From contig CAVUKB010000007.1 in NCBI GenBank assembly GCA_963741955.1, positions 672,001-736,000 of the forward strand: a stretch of 64,000 nucleotides of DNA, given 5' to 3'. The position numbers and the translations under genes were made by a program. The notes below the pieces were generated by a model. The model was not told where the DNA came from, searched no databases, and saw only the letters and a list, made by a program, of their open reading frames with translations. Origin of the DNA: an uncultured Acidobacteriota bacterium (GTDB lineage Bacteria; Acidobacteriota; Thermoanaerobaculia; Gp7-AA8). This document shows, in pieces, positions 50,725-60,616 of the stretch (position 1 is the stretch's first letter; the number at the start of each line of letters is the position of its first letter).

Positions 50725-51590
50725 TGATGGATCTGAAGGTCGGTGTCATCGGGGGGTCAGGTCTTTATCAGATGAAGGGACTGGAGGTGATCGAAGAGCG
50801 GAGCATCTCCACTCCGTTCGGAGAGCCTTCGGATCGCTTCGTGCTCGGGACCATCGACGGGACGGGCGTCGCGTTTCTCGCCCGTCACGGACGAGGGCAT
50901 CGCATCCTTCCGGGCGAGATCAATTTCCGCGCGAATCTCTACGCGTTCAAGACGCTCGGAGTGGAGAGCATCCTCTCGGTCTCCGCGGTCGGCTCGATGC
51001 GGGAAGACCTTCATCCGACCGACATCCTCTTTCCCGATCAGTTCATCGACCGGACCCGGCAGCGGCCGGACACGTTCTTCGGCAACGGGATCGCCGCGCA
51101 CGTCGCGTTCGCGGAGCCGACGTGCACCGAAGTGGCGCGCGCGGCGGCGGAAGTTGCGACGCGAACCGGAGCCACGAATCGGATGGGCGGAACGTACATC
51201 TGCATCGAAGGTCCGCAGTTCTCGACCCGGGCGGAGTCGCTTCTCTATCGCTCGTGGGGAGTCGACGTGATCGGGATGACCAATCTCCAGGAAGCGAAGC
51301 TGGCGCGCGAAGCGGAGATCTGCTACGCGACGATGGCGATGGTCACCGACTACGACTGCTGGCACGAGACGGAAGAAGCGGTGAACGTCGAGCAGGTGGT
51401 GGAGTATCTGAACCGGAACGCCGATACGGCGACCGCGATCATCCGTGAGACGGTTCCAAAGCTCGCGGCGCGCGAGCGAACCTGTCCCTGCGCCACCGCT
51501 CTTCGTTTCGGTATTCTCACCCAACCGGCGGCGATTCCGGAATCGGTGAAACGGGACCTGGCGCCGATCATCGGCAAGTACGTGTCATAG
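50724..51590 (+). CDS. mtnP: S-methyl-5'-thioadenosine phosphorylase
   Basis: GVIGGSGLY, TPFGEPS, RHGRGH, SAVGS, EGPQFSTRAES, GMT, TDYDCW. Confidence 0.94.
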   Translation: MMDLKVGVIGGSGLYQMKGLEVIEERSISTPFGEPSDRFVLGTIDGTGVAFLARHGRGHRILPGEINFRANLYAFKTLGVESILSVSAVGSMREDLHPTDILFPDQFIDRTRQRPDTFFGNGIAAHVAFAEPTCTEVARAAAEVATRTGATNRMGGTYICIEGPQFSTRAESLLYRSWGVDVIGMTNLQEAKLAREAEICYATMAMVTDYDCWHETEEAVNVEQVVEYLNRNADTATAIIRETVPKLAARERTCPCATALRFGILTQPAAIPESVKRDLAPIIGKYVS

Positions 51591-51624
51591 GGGCGGGAGC
51601 GCAGGGGCCCGACCTCGAGAGGCG

Positions 51625-51728
51625 TCCTCGACATAGTCCCACTATGCCTTCGTGGCCGAAGCGAGGCGCGCCTTGCATCCAGGCCACTCTCCGCCTCCTC
51701 GCGACGAGATGGTGTGAGACATGCGGGC
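51625..51728. mobile_element. MITE-like element, copy 4 (left end missing)
   Basis: TCCTCGACATAGTCCCACTATGCC...TGTGAGACATGCGGGC. Confidence 0.75.
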
Positions 51729-51788
51729 TGGCGGCGTCTGTCACAAACTGATAAGTTCCGCCCAGCATTTCTCGTGGAGGGGAAGACC

Positions 51789-52715
51789 GTGTCCATTCTC
51801 GTCGTCGGCAGTGTGGCATTCGATAGCATCGAAACTCCGTTCGGGCGCGCACAGCGCGCGATCGGCGGAAGCGCAACGTACTTTTCCGTCGCTGCATCTT
51901 TCTTCTCGGAAGTCCAGCTGGTCGGAGTGGTCGGTGACGATTTCACCGACCGCGACATGGAAGTCTTCGAGGGGCGGACGATCGACACCAGTGGCCTGGC
52001 TCGCGTGTCGGGGGCGAAGACCTTCTTCTGGAGCGGTGAGTACGGGTTCGATCTGAATACGGCGAAAACCCGCGAGACGCAGCTCAACGTCTTCGCCGAT
52101 TTCCGGCCCGTCCTTCCGGCCGCATTCCGGGAGCCTCAAGTCGTGTTTCTGGCGAACATCGATCCGGATCTTCAGCTCGAGGTTCTCGACCAGGTCGAGG
52201 GAATGCCGCTGGTCGCTCTCGATACCATGAACTTCTGGATCGCCTCGAAACGGGCGTCACTCGAAAAGGTGCTCGAGCGCGTGCATCTGGTGGTGATCAA
52301 CGAAGGAGAGGCGCGCCAGTTCACGAGCGAGCCGAACCTGGTGCGTGCCGCCCGGAAGATCCTGGAGCGCGGACCGGAGCGGGTGGTGATCAAGCGAGGG
52401 GAGTACGGAGTGCTGATGATCTCTCGCGACCACGTTTTCGCGGCGCCGGCATATCCGTTGGAGAACGTCTTCGACCCGACCGGAGCGGGAGATACGTTCG
52501 CCGGAGGCTTTCTCGGATATCTCGCCTCCACCGGCGAGTTCGACGATCGCGAAGTACGACGGGCGCTCGTGTTCGGGAGCGTGCTGGCGTCGTACAACGT
52601 CGAGTCGTTCTCGCTCGACCGGCTTCGCGAGATCTCCATCGGCGACATCGAGCGCCGTTATCGCGAGTTCAGGTCCCTGACTCACTTCGAAGACATCGTT
52701 GCGGCGCGCGCCTGA
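51789..52715 (+). CDS. PfkB-family carbohydrate/nucleoside kinase
   Basis: VGSVAFD, GGSA, DTMNFWI, KRGEYG, DPTGAGDTFAGG. Confidence 0.92.
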   Translation: MSILVVGSVAFDSIETPFGRAQRAIGGSATYFSVAASFFSEVQLVGVVGDDFTDRDMEVFEGRTIDTSGLARVSGAKTFFWSGEYGFDLNTAKTRETQLNVFADFRPVLPAAFREPQVVFLANIDPDLQLEVLDQVEGMPLVALDTMNFWIASKRASLEKVLERVHLVVINEGEARQFTSEPNLVRAARKILERGPERVVIKRGEYGVLMISRDHVFAAPAYPLENVFDPTGAGDTFAGGFLGYLASTGEFDDREVRRALVFGSVLASYNVESFSLDRLREISIGDIERRYREFRSLTHFEDIVAARA

Positions 52716-54397
52716 TACACTGCGCGTCCGCCGACGATCGTCTCCTCGACCTTCGTAGAGAAGAGCGTCGACGGATCGCGCTGGAAGAGATCTCCGTCGA
52801 CGATGGTGAAGTCGGCGAGTTTCCCCGGCTCGATCGTTCCGCGACTCTTCTCCTGGAATGACGCGAACGCCGCTCCCTGAGTGAACGCGTCGATCGCCTC
52901 GCGCAGCGTGAGACGCTCCTCCGGATGCCATCCGCCCGCGGGCCAACCCTTCTGGTCCTGACGGGTGACCGCGGCGTGGATGCCGAAGAAGGGATTGACC
53001 GCTTCGACCGGGAAGTCCGACCCGAATGCGAGTGGAATTCCGTGATCGAGCACCTTGCGCCATGCGTAGGCGCCCTTGATCCGTTCCTTTCCAATCCGGG
53101 TCTCGGCCCACTCCATGTCGGACGTGGCGTGAGTCGGCTGCATCGACGCGATGATGCCGCGAGCCGCGACCCGCGGGAGATCCTCGAGTGCGATCACCTG
53201 AAGATGCTCGATCCTGAAGCGGTCGGCCGGAGTGACGCCGGCTTCTTCGTACGCCTCGATGGTGCGGCGGTTGCCGCGATCGCCGATGGCGTGCGTGTTC
53301 ACCTGGAATCCCGCGGCCCGGGCGCGTCGCGCGACGTCGAGGATGTGCTCGGGAGTGGTGGTGAGGAGTCCGGTATTGTCCGGATCGTCGTCGTACGGCG
53401 CGAGGAGCGCGGCGCCGCGGCTGCCGAGCGCTCCGTCCGCATACATCTTCACGGAGCGGACCGTCAGACGTCCGCCGTAATCGATCAGCGGCCCCTTCGC
53501 GAACCAGCGGTCTTCCAGCCATTCGCCGCCGGGAAGCTCCTGATCCGAGACCATGGCGTAGACGCGGATCGGCATCCGCCCTTCGTCGATCAGCTCGCGA
53601 TAAAGGTCGATGGTCTCCTGATCGACGCCCGCGTCGTGAACTTCGACCAAACCGTTGCGGGCGATGTCGTGAAGAGCATTTTCCAGACGGCTCTTCCGGG
53701 TGGCGCGGCTGGGAGGAGGGATGATCCGATCGACGAGCGCCATCGCGTTGTCGACGAAGACTCCGGTGGGGTGACCGTTCGCGTCCCGGATGATCTTTCC
53801 ACCTTCGGGATCCTTCGTTTCGGCGGTGATCCCGGCGGCGAGGAGCGCAGCGGTGTTCGCCACGCCGGCGTGACCATCGACGCGGCGGAGCCAGACCGGA
53901 TGAGTGGTGGTCGCGGCGTCGAGTTGCGATGCGGTCGGGAAACGCTTCTCGGCCCAGTCGTTCTGATCCCATCCGCGTCCGAGGATCCATTCGGTCTTCG
54001 GTGTGGAAGGGGCCCGTTCGGAGACGCGCTGCACGACTTGATCGAACGACTCCGTTCCGACCAGGTCGACGTTCGCGAGCGCCTCTCCCAGACCCATGAC
54101 GTGGACGTGCGCGTCGGTGAGGCCCGGGAGAACGGTCATGTCGCGGGCATCGATCACCCGGGCGGCGGGCCACTTCGCCGCCGCTTCCTCCGGAGAGACG
54201 ACGGCTTCGATCCGGTCGCCCCGGACGATCACGCTTCGATCGTGGAGCACGTCGTGCCCGGTGTAGATGGTGCCGCCGTCGATCCTCAGAAGGTCGGGCG
54301 CGGCCGGAGAGCCGGCGGACGGAAGAGACTGGTTCATCGTGCCTCCGGCGCAGGCGACGAAAATGAGGGTAAGAGCGGCGAAAAATGGGCTGCGCAT
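52682..54397 (-). CDS. Amidohydrolase 3 (YtcJ-like), probable lipoprotein
   Basis: Lipobox-like FVAC, PGLTDAHVH, DGALGSRGA, HAIGD, RIEH, GSDFPVE, GKLADF. Confidence 0.9.
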   Translation of the reverse strand: MRSPFFAALTLIFVACAGGTMNQSLPSAGSPAAPDLLRIDGGTIYTGHDVLHDRSVIVRGDRIEAVVSPEEAAAKWPAARVIDARDMTVLPGLTDAHVHVMGLGEALANVDLVGTESFDQVVQRVSERAPSTPKTEWILGRGWDQNDWAEKRFPTASQLDAATTTHPVWLRRVDGHAGVANTAALLAAGITAETKDPEGGKIIRDANGHPTGVFVDNAMALVDRIIPPPSRATRKSRLENALHDIARNGLVEVHDAGVDQETIDLYRELIDEGRMPIRVYAMVSDQELPGGEWLEDRWFAKGPLIDYGGRLTVRSVKMYADGALGSRGAALLAPYDDDPDNTGLLTTTPEHILDVARRARAAGFQVNTHAIGDRGNRRTIEAYEEAGVTPADRFRIEHLQVIALEDLPRVAARGIIASMQPTHATSDMEWAETRIGKERIKGAYAWRKVLDHGIPLAFGSDFPVEAVNPFFGIHAAVTRQDQKGWPAGGWHPEERLTLREAIDAFTQGAAFASFQEKSRGTIEPGKLADFTIVDGDLFQRDPSTLFSTKVEETIVGGRAVYQARAATMSSK

Positions 54398-54518
54398 CGG
54401 TTCTCCATCGAGTTTTTCGTCCTTCGGAGTCGTGACGGCTGTCACGCTGGCCAGGAATGAAGTAACATTATCTTATTCCGGAATCGAAGAGTTGCGAATG
54501 TGGTTCGAGAGTACACAG

Positions 54519-55181
54519 ATGAAACGCATCGTGATCATGTCCCTCGCCCTCGGAATGGCGCTGCCTCTGGCGGCGTCGGACCGGAAGTTCGCGGCGAGCA
54601 CGCTTTCCGGCGTCCGGATCCAGCAGAGCGGGCGGATCGTGATCACGAACGAGCGCAATTCGATCGTGGCGTACCAGTTCGACGGGGATATCCGGCACGC
54701 CCTGGTACGGCTGCGATCGACATCCGGGACTCTCCACTACCGTCCCTTCGGGAGCGTGATCTACGAGTCGGATGCATCCGTGCCGGGGAGTGTCCCTCCG
54801 CAGGTCGCGAAGCTGATCGCCGAAGCGTCCCGCGAGCATGGAATCGACCCGCGTCTGGTGACCGCTCTCGCGCGTCAGGAGTCGGGGTTCGATCCCTCCG
54901 CGGTCTCGCGGGTGGGAGCGCGCGGGGTGATGCAGCTGATGCCACAGACCGCGCAGTACCTCGGCGTGAAGGACGTGAACGACGTCCGGCAGAACATTTT
55001 CGGAGGAGTCCGGTATCTTCGCCAGCTGCTGGACGTCTTCAAGGGCGACCTCGATCTGACGCTCGCCGCGTACAACGCGGGGCCTGGCGCGGTCGAGCAC
55101 TACGGCGGCGTCCCTCCGTATGGCGAGACGGTCGCCTACGTCGCGTCGGTGCGGCGGATGTACGAAGCGTTCATCCGGTAG
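54519..55181 (+). CDS. Secreted SLT-family lytic transglycosylase
   Basis: Signal peptide; QESGFDP, GARGVMQLMP, AAYNAGPG, ETVAYV. Confidence 0.9.
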   Translation: MKRIVIMSLALGMALPLAASDRKFAASTLSGVRIQQSGRIVITNERNSIVAYQFDGDIRHALVRLRSTSGTLHYRPFGSVIYESDASVPGSVPPQVAKLIAEASREHGIDPRLVTALARQESGFDPSAVSRVGARGVMQLMPQTAQYLGVKDVNDVRQNIFGGVRYLRQLLDVFKGDLDLTLAAYNAGPGAVEHYGGVPPYGETVAYVASVRRMYEAFIR

Positions 55182-55259
55182 CGGACGAGGAAGGCTCGCG
55201 CCGGTTCATGGCGGCATTCAGGCCGGTTCCCGGCAGGTTACGACAGGATCGACGTGGAA

Positions 55260-55567
55260 ATGGCCGATTTAGCGATCGATGTTCCTCGCGAGCGGCTGGC
55301 GGAACTCGCCGAACGGTGGAGAATCACGGAGCTATCGCGGTGTTCGGCTCTGTCACGCGTGCGGATTTTCGGCCGGACAGCGACATCGACATCCTGGTCA
55401 CGTTTGCGACGGACGCGCGATGGAGCTTATGGGATTTCATCGATCTGAAGACTGAGCTGCAGTCACTGCTCGGCCATTCCGTCGATCTCATCGAAAAGCG
55501 AGCGCTGAAGAATCCCTATCGTCGGCGCGGCATCCTCGAATCCGCCAGAGTGATCTATGCGGCCTGA
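55260..55567 (+). pseudogene. MNT antitoxin (minimal nucleotidyltransferase), frameshifted near 55335
   Basis: MADLAID...ITEL in one frame; VFGSV..DFRPDSDIDILV...VDL...ILESARVIYAA in another (2 extra nt). Confidence 0.8.
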
Positions 55568-55906
55568 TAACGCGGATCTCGGCTACGTCTGGGACATGCT
55601 CCAGGCCGCGCACGAGGTGGTCGAGTTCATCCACGACGTTGACTACGAGAATTACGTGGGGAATCTCATGCTGGTGCCGTTGAGCGTTCGGTCCAGATTA
55701 TCGGCGAGGCCGCGAACCGCGTAAGTTCCGAATTCCGCCGAGGAAATCCGGAGATCCCGTGGCAGAAAATCGCCGACCAGCGGCACGTTCTGGTTCACGA
55801 CTATGGAGAAATCGACCAGTCCCGGATCTGGAATCTCGTTCGCAGCCGGATTCCGGCCCTCATCCCGTCGCTTCAGGCGATCGTCGACCGCAATCCTCCG
55901 CGATAG
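55557..55906 (+). pseudogene. HepT/DUF86 HEPN toxin, frameshifted near 55674
   Basis: YVWDMLQAA.. then frame change to AVERSVQIIGEAA..PEIPW..RHVLVHDY (RxxxxH). Confidence 0.8.
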
Positions 55907-55931
55907 CCGCGGCTCCTGATCTCCCTCACGT

Positions 55932-57125
55932 TCACACGTCGCTCGTCATGATGAAGACCGGCTGACGGTAGAAGTCGTAGACCGGACGGAGACGTTCGGT
56001 GTTGTAGTAGCGGAGCACGTCGACGACCTTCTTGCGGCCAGTGACCACGTCGATCGGCACGTTGTCGTAGACGCCGTTCCGCAGGCTCACCAGACGTCCG
56101 TTCACCTTCCGCAGGACCAGGTCGAGGGCGAGGTTGCCGAACGCCATCGGGACGATGGAATCGAGCGCGTCGGGATCACCGGAGCGGACCAGATATCCGA
56201 GCCGCTGGTTCACGACGTTGATCCTTCGCCCGTTGTTGAACTTCGGCGAGACTTCCTTGAGCTGCGTCGCGACCTTGTCGCCGATCCCGCCGAGCTTCTT
56301 GTGACCGTACTGGTCGACCTCTTCCCCCTCGAACGACATCTCTTCGTGCTCCAGCATCCTCGCGCCTTCAGAGACGAGGACGACGCTGTAGTGGCTCGGA
56401 TGACGATTCCGGTCGTAGATCAGGAGATCGGTCAGGAGCTCGACGTCGAACGGCGACTCGGGGATCACGCAGCGATCCGCGGCGCCGGCCATGGTGGGGA
56501 GAAGCGCGGTGTAACCGGCGTAGCGCCCGAAGACTTCGATGACGAGGAACCGCTCGTGAGAGCCGGCGGTGGTACGCAGCTTGTGCGCGAGCTCGATGGT
56601 TCGGGTGACGCAGGTGCTGAATCCGATGCAGTAATCGGTACCCGGGACGTCGTTGTCCATCGTCTTGGGGATCGCGACGACGTTCACTCCCTCACGGTGC
56701 AGGCGCTGTGCGTAGCTGAGGGTGTCGTCGCCGCCGATCGGGATCAGGTAGTCGATTCCGAGGTACTCGATGTTCTTGAGGATGTCCGGGGTGACGTCGT
56801 TGATCTCGGAGGTGTAGCGATCCCGAAGGTGATGCGGTACGACCGGCTCAGGGAGATGGCTCGGGCGCGTTCTCGACGTGTGAAGAAACGTGCCGCCGGT
56901 TCGTCCGGCGCGGTTGACGATGTCCTCGCTCAGCACCTGGACGTTGTCGCCGTTGTCGGCGTCCTTCTCCGGGATCAGATCGACCAGCCCGGCCCAGCCA
57001 CGCCGGATGCCGAGGACCCGGTATCCCTCGCGGATCGCGCGGATGGTGATGGCGCGGATCGCAGGATTGAGACCGGGGACGTCACCTCCCCCGGTGAGAA
57101 TCGCAATGGTGCCTTTGGATGCCAT
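55932..57125 (-). CDS. pfkA: 6-phosphofructokinase (PfkA family, PPi-type signature)
   Basis: TGGGDVPGLN, GGTFLHTSR, IGGDDT, PKTMDND, EVFGRYAG, LGYLVRSG. Confidence 0.93.
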   Translation of the reverse strand: MASKGTIAILTGGGDVPGLNPAIRAITIRAIREGYRVLGIRRGWAGLVDLIPEKDADNGDNVQVLSEDIVNRAGRTGGTFLHTSRTRPSHLPEPVVPHHLRDRYTSEINDVTPDILKNIEYLGIDYLIPIGGDDTLSYAQRLHREGVNVVAIPKTMDNDVPGTDYCIGFSTCVTRTIELAHKLRTTAGSHERFLVIEVFGRYAGYTALLPTMAGAADRCVIPESPFDVELLTDLLIYDRNRHPSHYSVVLVSEGARMLEHEEMSFEGEEVDQYGHKKLGGIGDKVATQLKEVSPKFNNGRRINVVNQRLGYLVRSGDPDALDSIVPMAFGNLALDLVLRKVNGRLVSLRNGVYDNVPIDVVTGRKKVVDVLRYYNTERLRPVYDFYRQPVFIMTSDV

Positions 57126-57451
57126 GAGCTCCTCCTGGATGGCCCCGATGTTCCGGGGCAGCCGCCGTCTCCCGGCGGTCCGACAGCGGGTCACGATAGC
57201 ACTTTCGCGCGGATCCGCGTACCCGTTCGGTCAAAGCCCTCCGATAGGATTTCCGGCGACCGGGGGCGCTGATGCCCGGGACATCAAATCGCGAGCCAAC
57301 CGCTCGCGGCCTATTCGACGGGTCTCGCACGAATTCCGGCCTGCGGGAAAAGCGGCGTGTCGTCCCGGTTGCGAGCTGAACCTCAGTCACCAAGTGGTTA
57401 CGAATCGCATCGTGCCGGGTACCGATTTCCGCCGCCCCAGGCACTCCTGAA

Positions 57452-57937
57452 GTGGAAGGGTCAAACATGCACGGACTTCGATCTGCGTGCGCGCGGGCAA
57501 ACTGGGCACACCACTCGTGTCCCGCCTCCACCTGCAGAAAGCACTCCGGCGAGTGTAACGTCGTTGGTGGAGTTATCACCGATCCAGGTTCGAATTTCGG
57601 CCTCTGCGTCAGCATTGATGCACCGGCGCACTATCTGCGTGTCGCTCACATGAATTCCGACGGTGGTGCATATCCTCAATGGAGCGGATATCGAACTGAC
57701 GTGACGCAGAGATCGGGTACGTCCTTCGCTGTTCCATTCGTCGCCGGGATGGTTGCCAGACTCCTGGAGAAGTACCCGGGGCTGCCCGCAGCCCCGGAAC
57801 TCAACCCGAGCAACCCGAGCTTGAATGTGTGGACCTACTTGAAGAACCGGGCTCTTGCGAGGAACCCACAACCAGCCGACATCGACCCATCATCCAACAT
57901 AAACCACCTGCTCGTATACATGTCGGATCTCGACTAG
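57452..57937 (+). pseudogene. C-terminal fragment of an S8 subtilase
   Basis: SNFGLCVSIDAPA and SGTSFAVPFVAG present; catalytic Asp/His region and signal peptide absent. Confidence 0.7.
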
Positions 57938-57945
57938 GAGGAGCT

Positions 57946-58764
57946 GTGAAACGACTCGTCATGCTGATACTTGCGGCGACGCTCGGATCGTCCGTCGTGT
58001 ACGCCCAGGAACTGAGCTATCAGAAGATACTATTACCGCTGAGGCCGCGCGGTGTGGTGAACGGAGCTTATGGGTCGCAGTGGCGGACCTCACTGATCGT
58101 ATTGAATCGGTCCGGGGAGCCCGTGATGATCGTTCCGCCTCTGAGTGGATGTCAGATCCTTTGTCCCCCTGAGGGAGAGGGTCCACCGACGCTGCCCGGA
58201 GTCAGCTTCAACCCCTATATATTCACGCTTCCGGATACGCTCTCGGGGGAAGGCTTTTTCGTCTATGTCGATCGTGCTCACGCGGCCGACGTGGCGTTTC
58301 AGCTCAACACAAGGGACCTGTCCCGAGAGGCCGAAACCCGAGGAACTGAAGTTCCCGTCGTGCGTGAAGGGGAGTTCTTCACCGGTACGAGGTCCCTTCT
58401 CGGCATTCCGGTCGATGCGCGGTTCCGGGTATCTCTGCGGATTTACGACGGCGATAATTCCGACGCCGATGCAAGCGCCACCGTTCGATTCTTTGAAGAA
58501 TACGGAGCTCAGGTCGATTCCGGGGAGCCGGATCGGTTGCTACTCGAGGAGACGATCCCGTTTCAATATCCGACGTCCGCGGAGAGCCGACGCGCGCAGC
58601 CTGGGTACATCTACCTCCCGGACTTGGCAATGATACCGGAATTGGCAGGGATATCCACGATCCGGATCGACGTCGAGTCGGCGCAGTCGGGACGTCATCT
58701 GTGGACATTCGCGAGTGTGACGAATAATCAGACGCAACACGTCACACTGATCACGCCTCAGTAG
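57946..58764 (+). CDS. Secreted hypothetical protein with a two-part beta module
   Basis: AGGAGG RBS, GTG start, signal peptide; GAYGSQWRTSL..N, FRVSLRIY, ASVTNN. Confidence 0.8.
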   Translation: MKRLVMLILAATLGSSVVYAQELSYQKILLPLRPRGVVNGAYGSQWRTSLIVLNRSGEPVMIVPPLSGCQILCPPEGEGPPTLPGVSFNPYIFTLPDTLSGEGFFVYVDRAHAADVAFQLNTRDLSREAETRGTEVPVVREGEFFTGTRSLLGIPVDARFRVSLRIYDGDNSDADASATVRFFEEYGAQVDSGEPDRLLLEETIPFQYPTSAESRRAQPGYIYLPDLAMIPELAGISTIRIDVESAQSGRHLWTFASVTNNQTQHVTLITPQ

Positions 58765-59090
58765 TATCGGAGCGGACCTATGGAATGAATGCAGGGCACC
58801 AGTGCCGAGATACGTCCCGGCATCGGCGCTCTGCGTCATTAGTGGTTCTGGCCACGTGATCCTCCAACACGGCTCCTCGACCGGGAGAGGCTGTGCGATG
58901 CGACGCCACTTCCTGAACATCGCTGCGATCTCTCGAGCCAGAGAGAATTCATGTTCGAGGTGCGCTCTCGTGCGGCACGATTCTCCCTCCAATGGAAAAG
59001 CAGACCGGGATACTTGGAAAGACGTCGAGAGTCAGGCTGAGACCGCGGTCGAAACGGCAAATCGTTCCAATCGCGCAAATCGATCCTCGT

Positions 59091-59945
59091 CTACTCTCCC
59101 CACTTGAGCTTCCTGCGCAGGACGTCGAAGTAGTTCTTGTTCGGCGATTGGACGAGAAGCACCGGTTCCTCCGAGCGGCGGATCCGCACCCGGCTCCGGT
59201 CGTTGATCGGGAGACCTTCCTGCCCGTCGAGGGTGAGGTAGATCTCCGGCTGGTCGGTCAGGAGGCCGATCTCGATCTCCAGCGAATCGGGAAGGACGAG
59301 AGGTCGATTGGTGAGTGTGTGTGGACAGATCGGAGTGATCAGGACCGCGCGCATGGTCGGATAGACGATCGGCCCTCCGGCGGAGAGGTTGTATGCCGTG
59401 GAGCCGGTGGGGGTGGAGACGATCAGGCCGTCCGCCCGGAACGTGGAGACGAACTGCCCGGCCACCTCGACCCGCATCTCGATGATTCGGGCGAGGGCGC
59501 TCTTGTTGATCACCGCGTCGTTGAGAACCCGGAAATGAAGGTCACGCGGACCGTGTCCACTGAGCGCGATGTCGAACGTCACCCGGGGCTCGGCTTCGAA
59601 GTTCCCTTCCAGGACGTCTTGCAGAAGAGTGGGGAACTCCTCCACCCGGATCTCGGTGAGAAAGCCGAGGGTTCCCATGTTCACGCCGATGATCGGGACG
59701 TCGCGCGGCGCGTAGCGGGCGACGGAGAGAAGCGTCCCGTCTCCTCCGAACGTGACGAGAATCTGACTCGCTGCGCCGAGCTCGGATTTCGGATGACATT
59801 CGGCGCTGCCGAGGCCGAGAGCTTCGGCGGTCATCGGATCGAAGCAGATCGAGTGTCCCTGCGCGCGGAGATCGTCGGCGGTCTTCGCCGCGTAGAGGAG
59901 GGCCTTCTGCGAGTTGATCTTCGCGGAGATACCGATGGTGGTCAT
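59091..59945 (-). CDS. nadK: NAD kinase
   Basis: GGDGTLL, GVNMGTLGFL, LND, DGLIVSTPTGSTAYNLSAGGP. Confidence 0.96.
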   Translation of the reverse strand: MTTIGISAKINSQKALLYAAKTADDLRAQGHSICFDPMTAEALGLGSAECHPKSELGAASQILVTFGGDGTLLSVARYAPRDVPIIGVNMGTLGFLTEIRVEEFPTLLQDVLEGNFEAEPRVTFDIALSGHGPRDLHFRVLNDAVINKSALARIIEMRVEVAGQFVSTFRADGLIVSTPTGSTAYNLSAGGPIVYPTMRAVLITPICPHTLTNRPLVLPDSLEIEIGLLTDQPEIYLTLDGQEGLPINDRSRVRIRRSEEPVLLVQSPNKNYFDVLRRKLKWGE

Positions 59946-60577
59946 GCGCCGCTCTCCCGGATACCGTCCCAGCGCAGTTCCCGCTTCTCGATCTCGATTC
60001 CGAAGAGGTCGAGGACCCGGAGCGCGAAGTGGTCGAGGAAATTCTCCCAGCTCTCACCGGCGTAGAAGGCGGGGATCGGAGGCATCACGATCGCTCCCGC
60101 GCGGGTGACCGCGACGATGTTCTCCGCGTGGATGAGGGAGAAGGGAGTCTCCCGCAGAGCGAGAACCAGGGGGCGCCGCTCCTTCAGGGTCAGGTCTGCA
60201 GCGCGCTGGATCAGCCCGCGCGAGGTGCCGTGGGCGATGGAAGCGAGCGTACCGGACGAACAGGGGACCACCGCCATTCCATCGACCGGGTAGGATCCGG
60301 AAGCGATGGTCGCGCCGATGTCGGAGATGGGGTGGTGGATGACCTTCGCGGCCGCGTCACTTCCGAGACCGCTCCGCTCGACGATCGCAGCCGGACTGCC
60401 GGCGGGGGGGTCGAGCTCGGAGGCCGCGACGCGGAGGGCGTTCGGGCTGACCACCAGGTGAATGCGCTCGACCTCTTCGGCATTCGCGGCCGCTCGCACG
60501 AGATGCACCGCGAGCGAGATGCCGGAGGCGCCGGAGATCCCGATGACGATCCGTTTCTTTCGCCCTTCTGACTTCAT
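59942..60577 (-). CDS. ubiX: Flavin prenyltransferase
   Basis: GISGASG, IASGS, VPCSSGTL, RAAD..LKERR, RETP, PPIPAFY. Confidence 0.93.
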   Translation of the reverse strand: MKSEGRKKRIVIGISGASGISLAVHLVRAAANAEEVERIHLVVSPNALRVAASELDPPAGSPAAIVERSGLGSDAAAKVIHHPISDIGATIASGSYPVDGMAVVPCSSGTLASIAHGTSRGLIQRAADLTLKERRPLVLALRETPFSLIHAENIVAVTRAGAIVMPPIPAFYAGESWENFLDHFALRVLDLFGIEIEKRELRWDGIRESGA

Positions 60578-60616
60578 GGCTCCAGCGGAGGGACTATATC
60601 ACCGGCGCGAACGCCC

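Noticed and set aside
54500-55567. 355-aa ORF fusing an unknown N-terminus to MNT
   Set aside because: The N-terminus is a shadow frame of the transglycosylase; only the last part, about 75 aa, is the frameshifted MNT.
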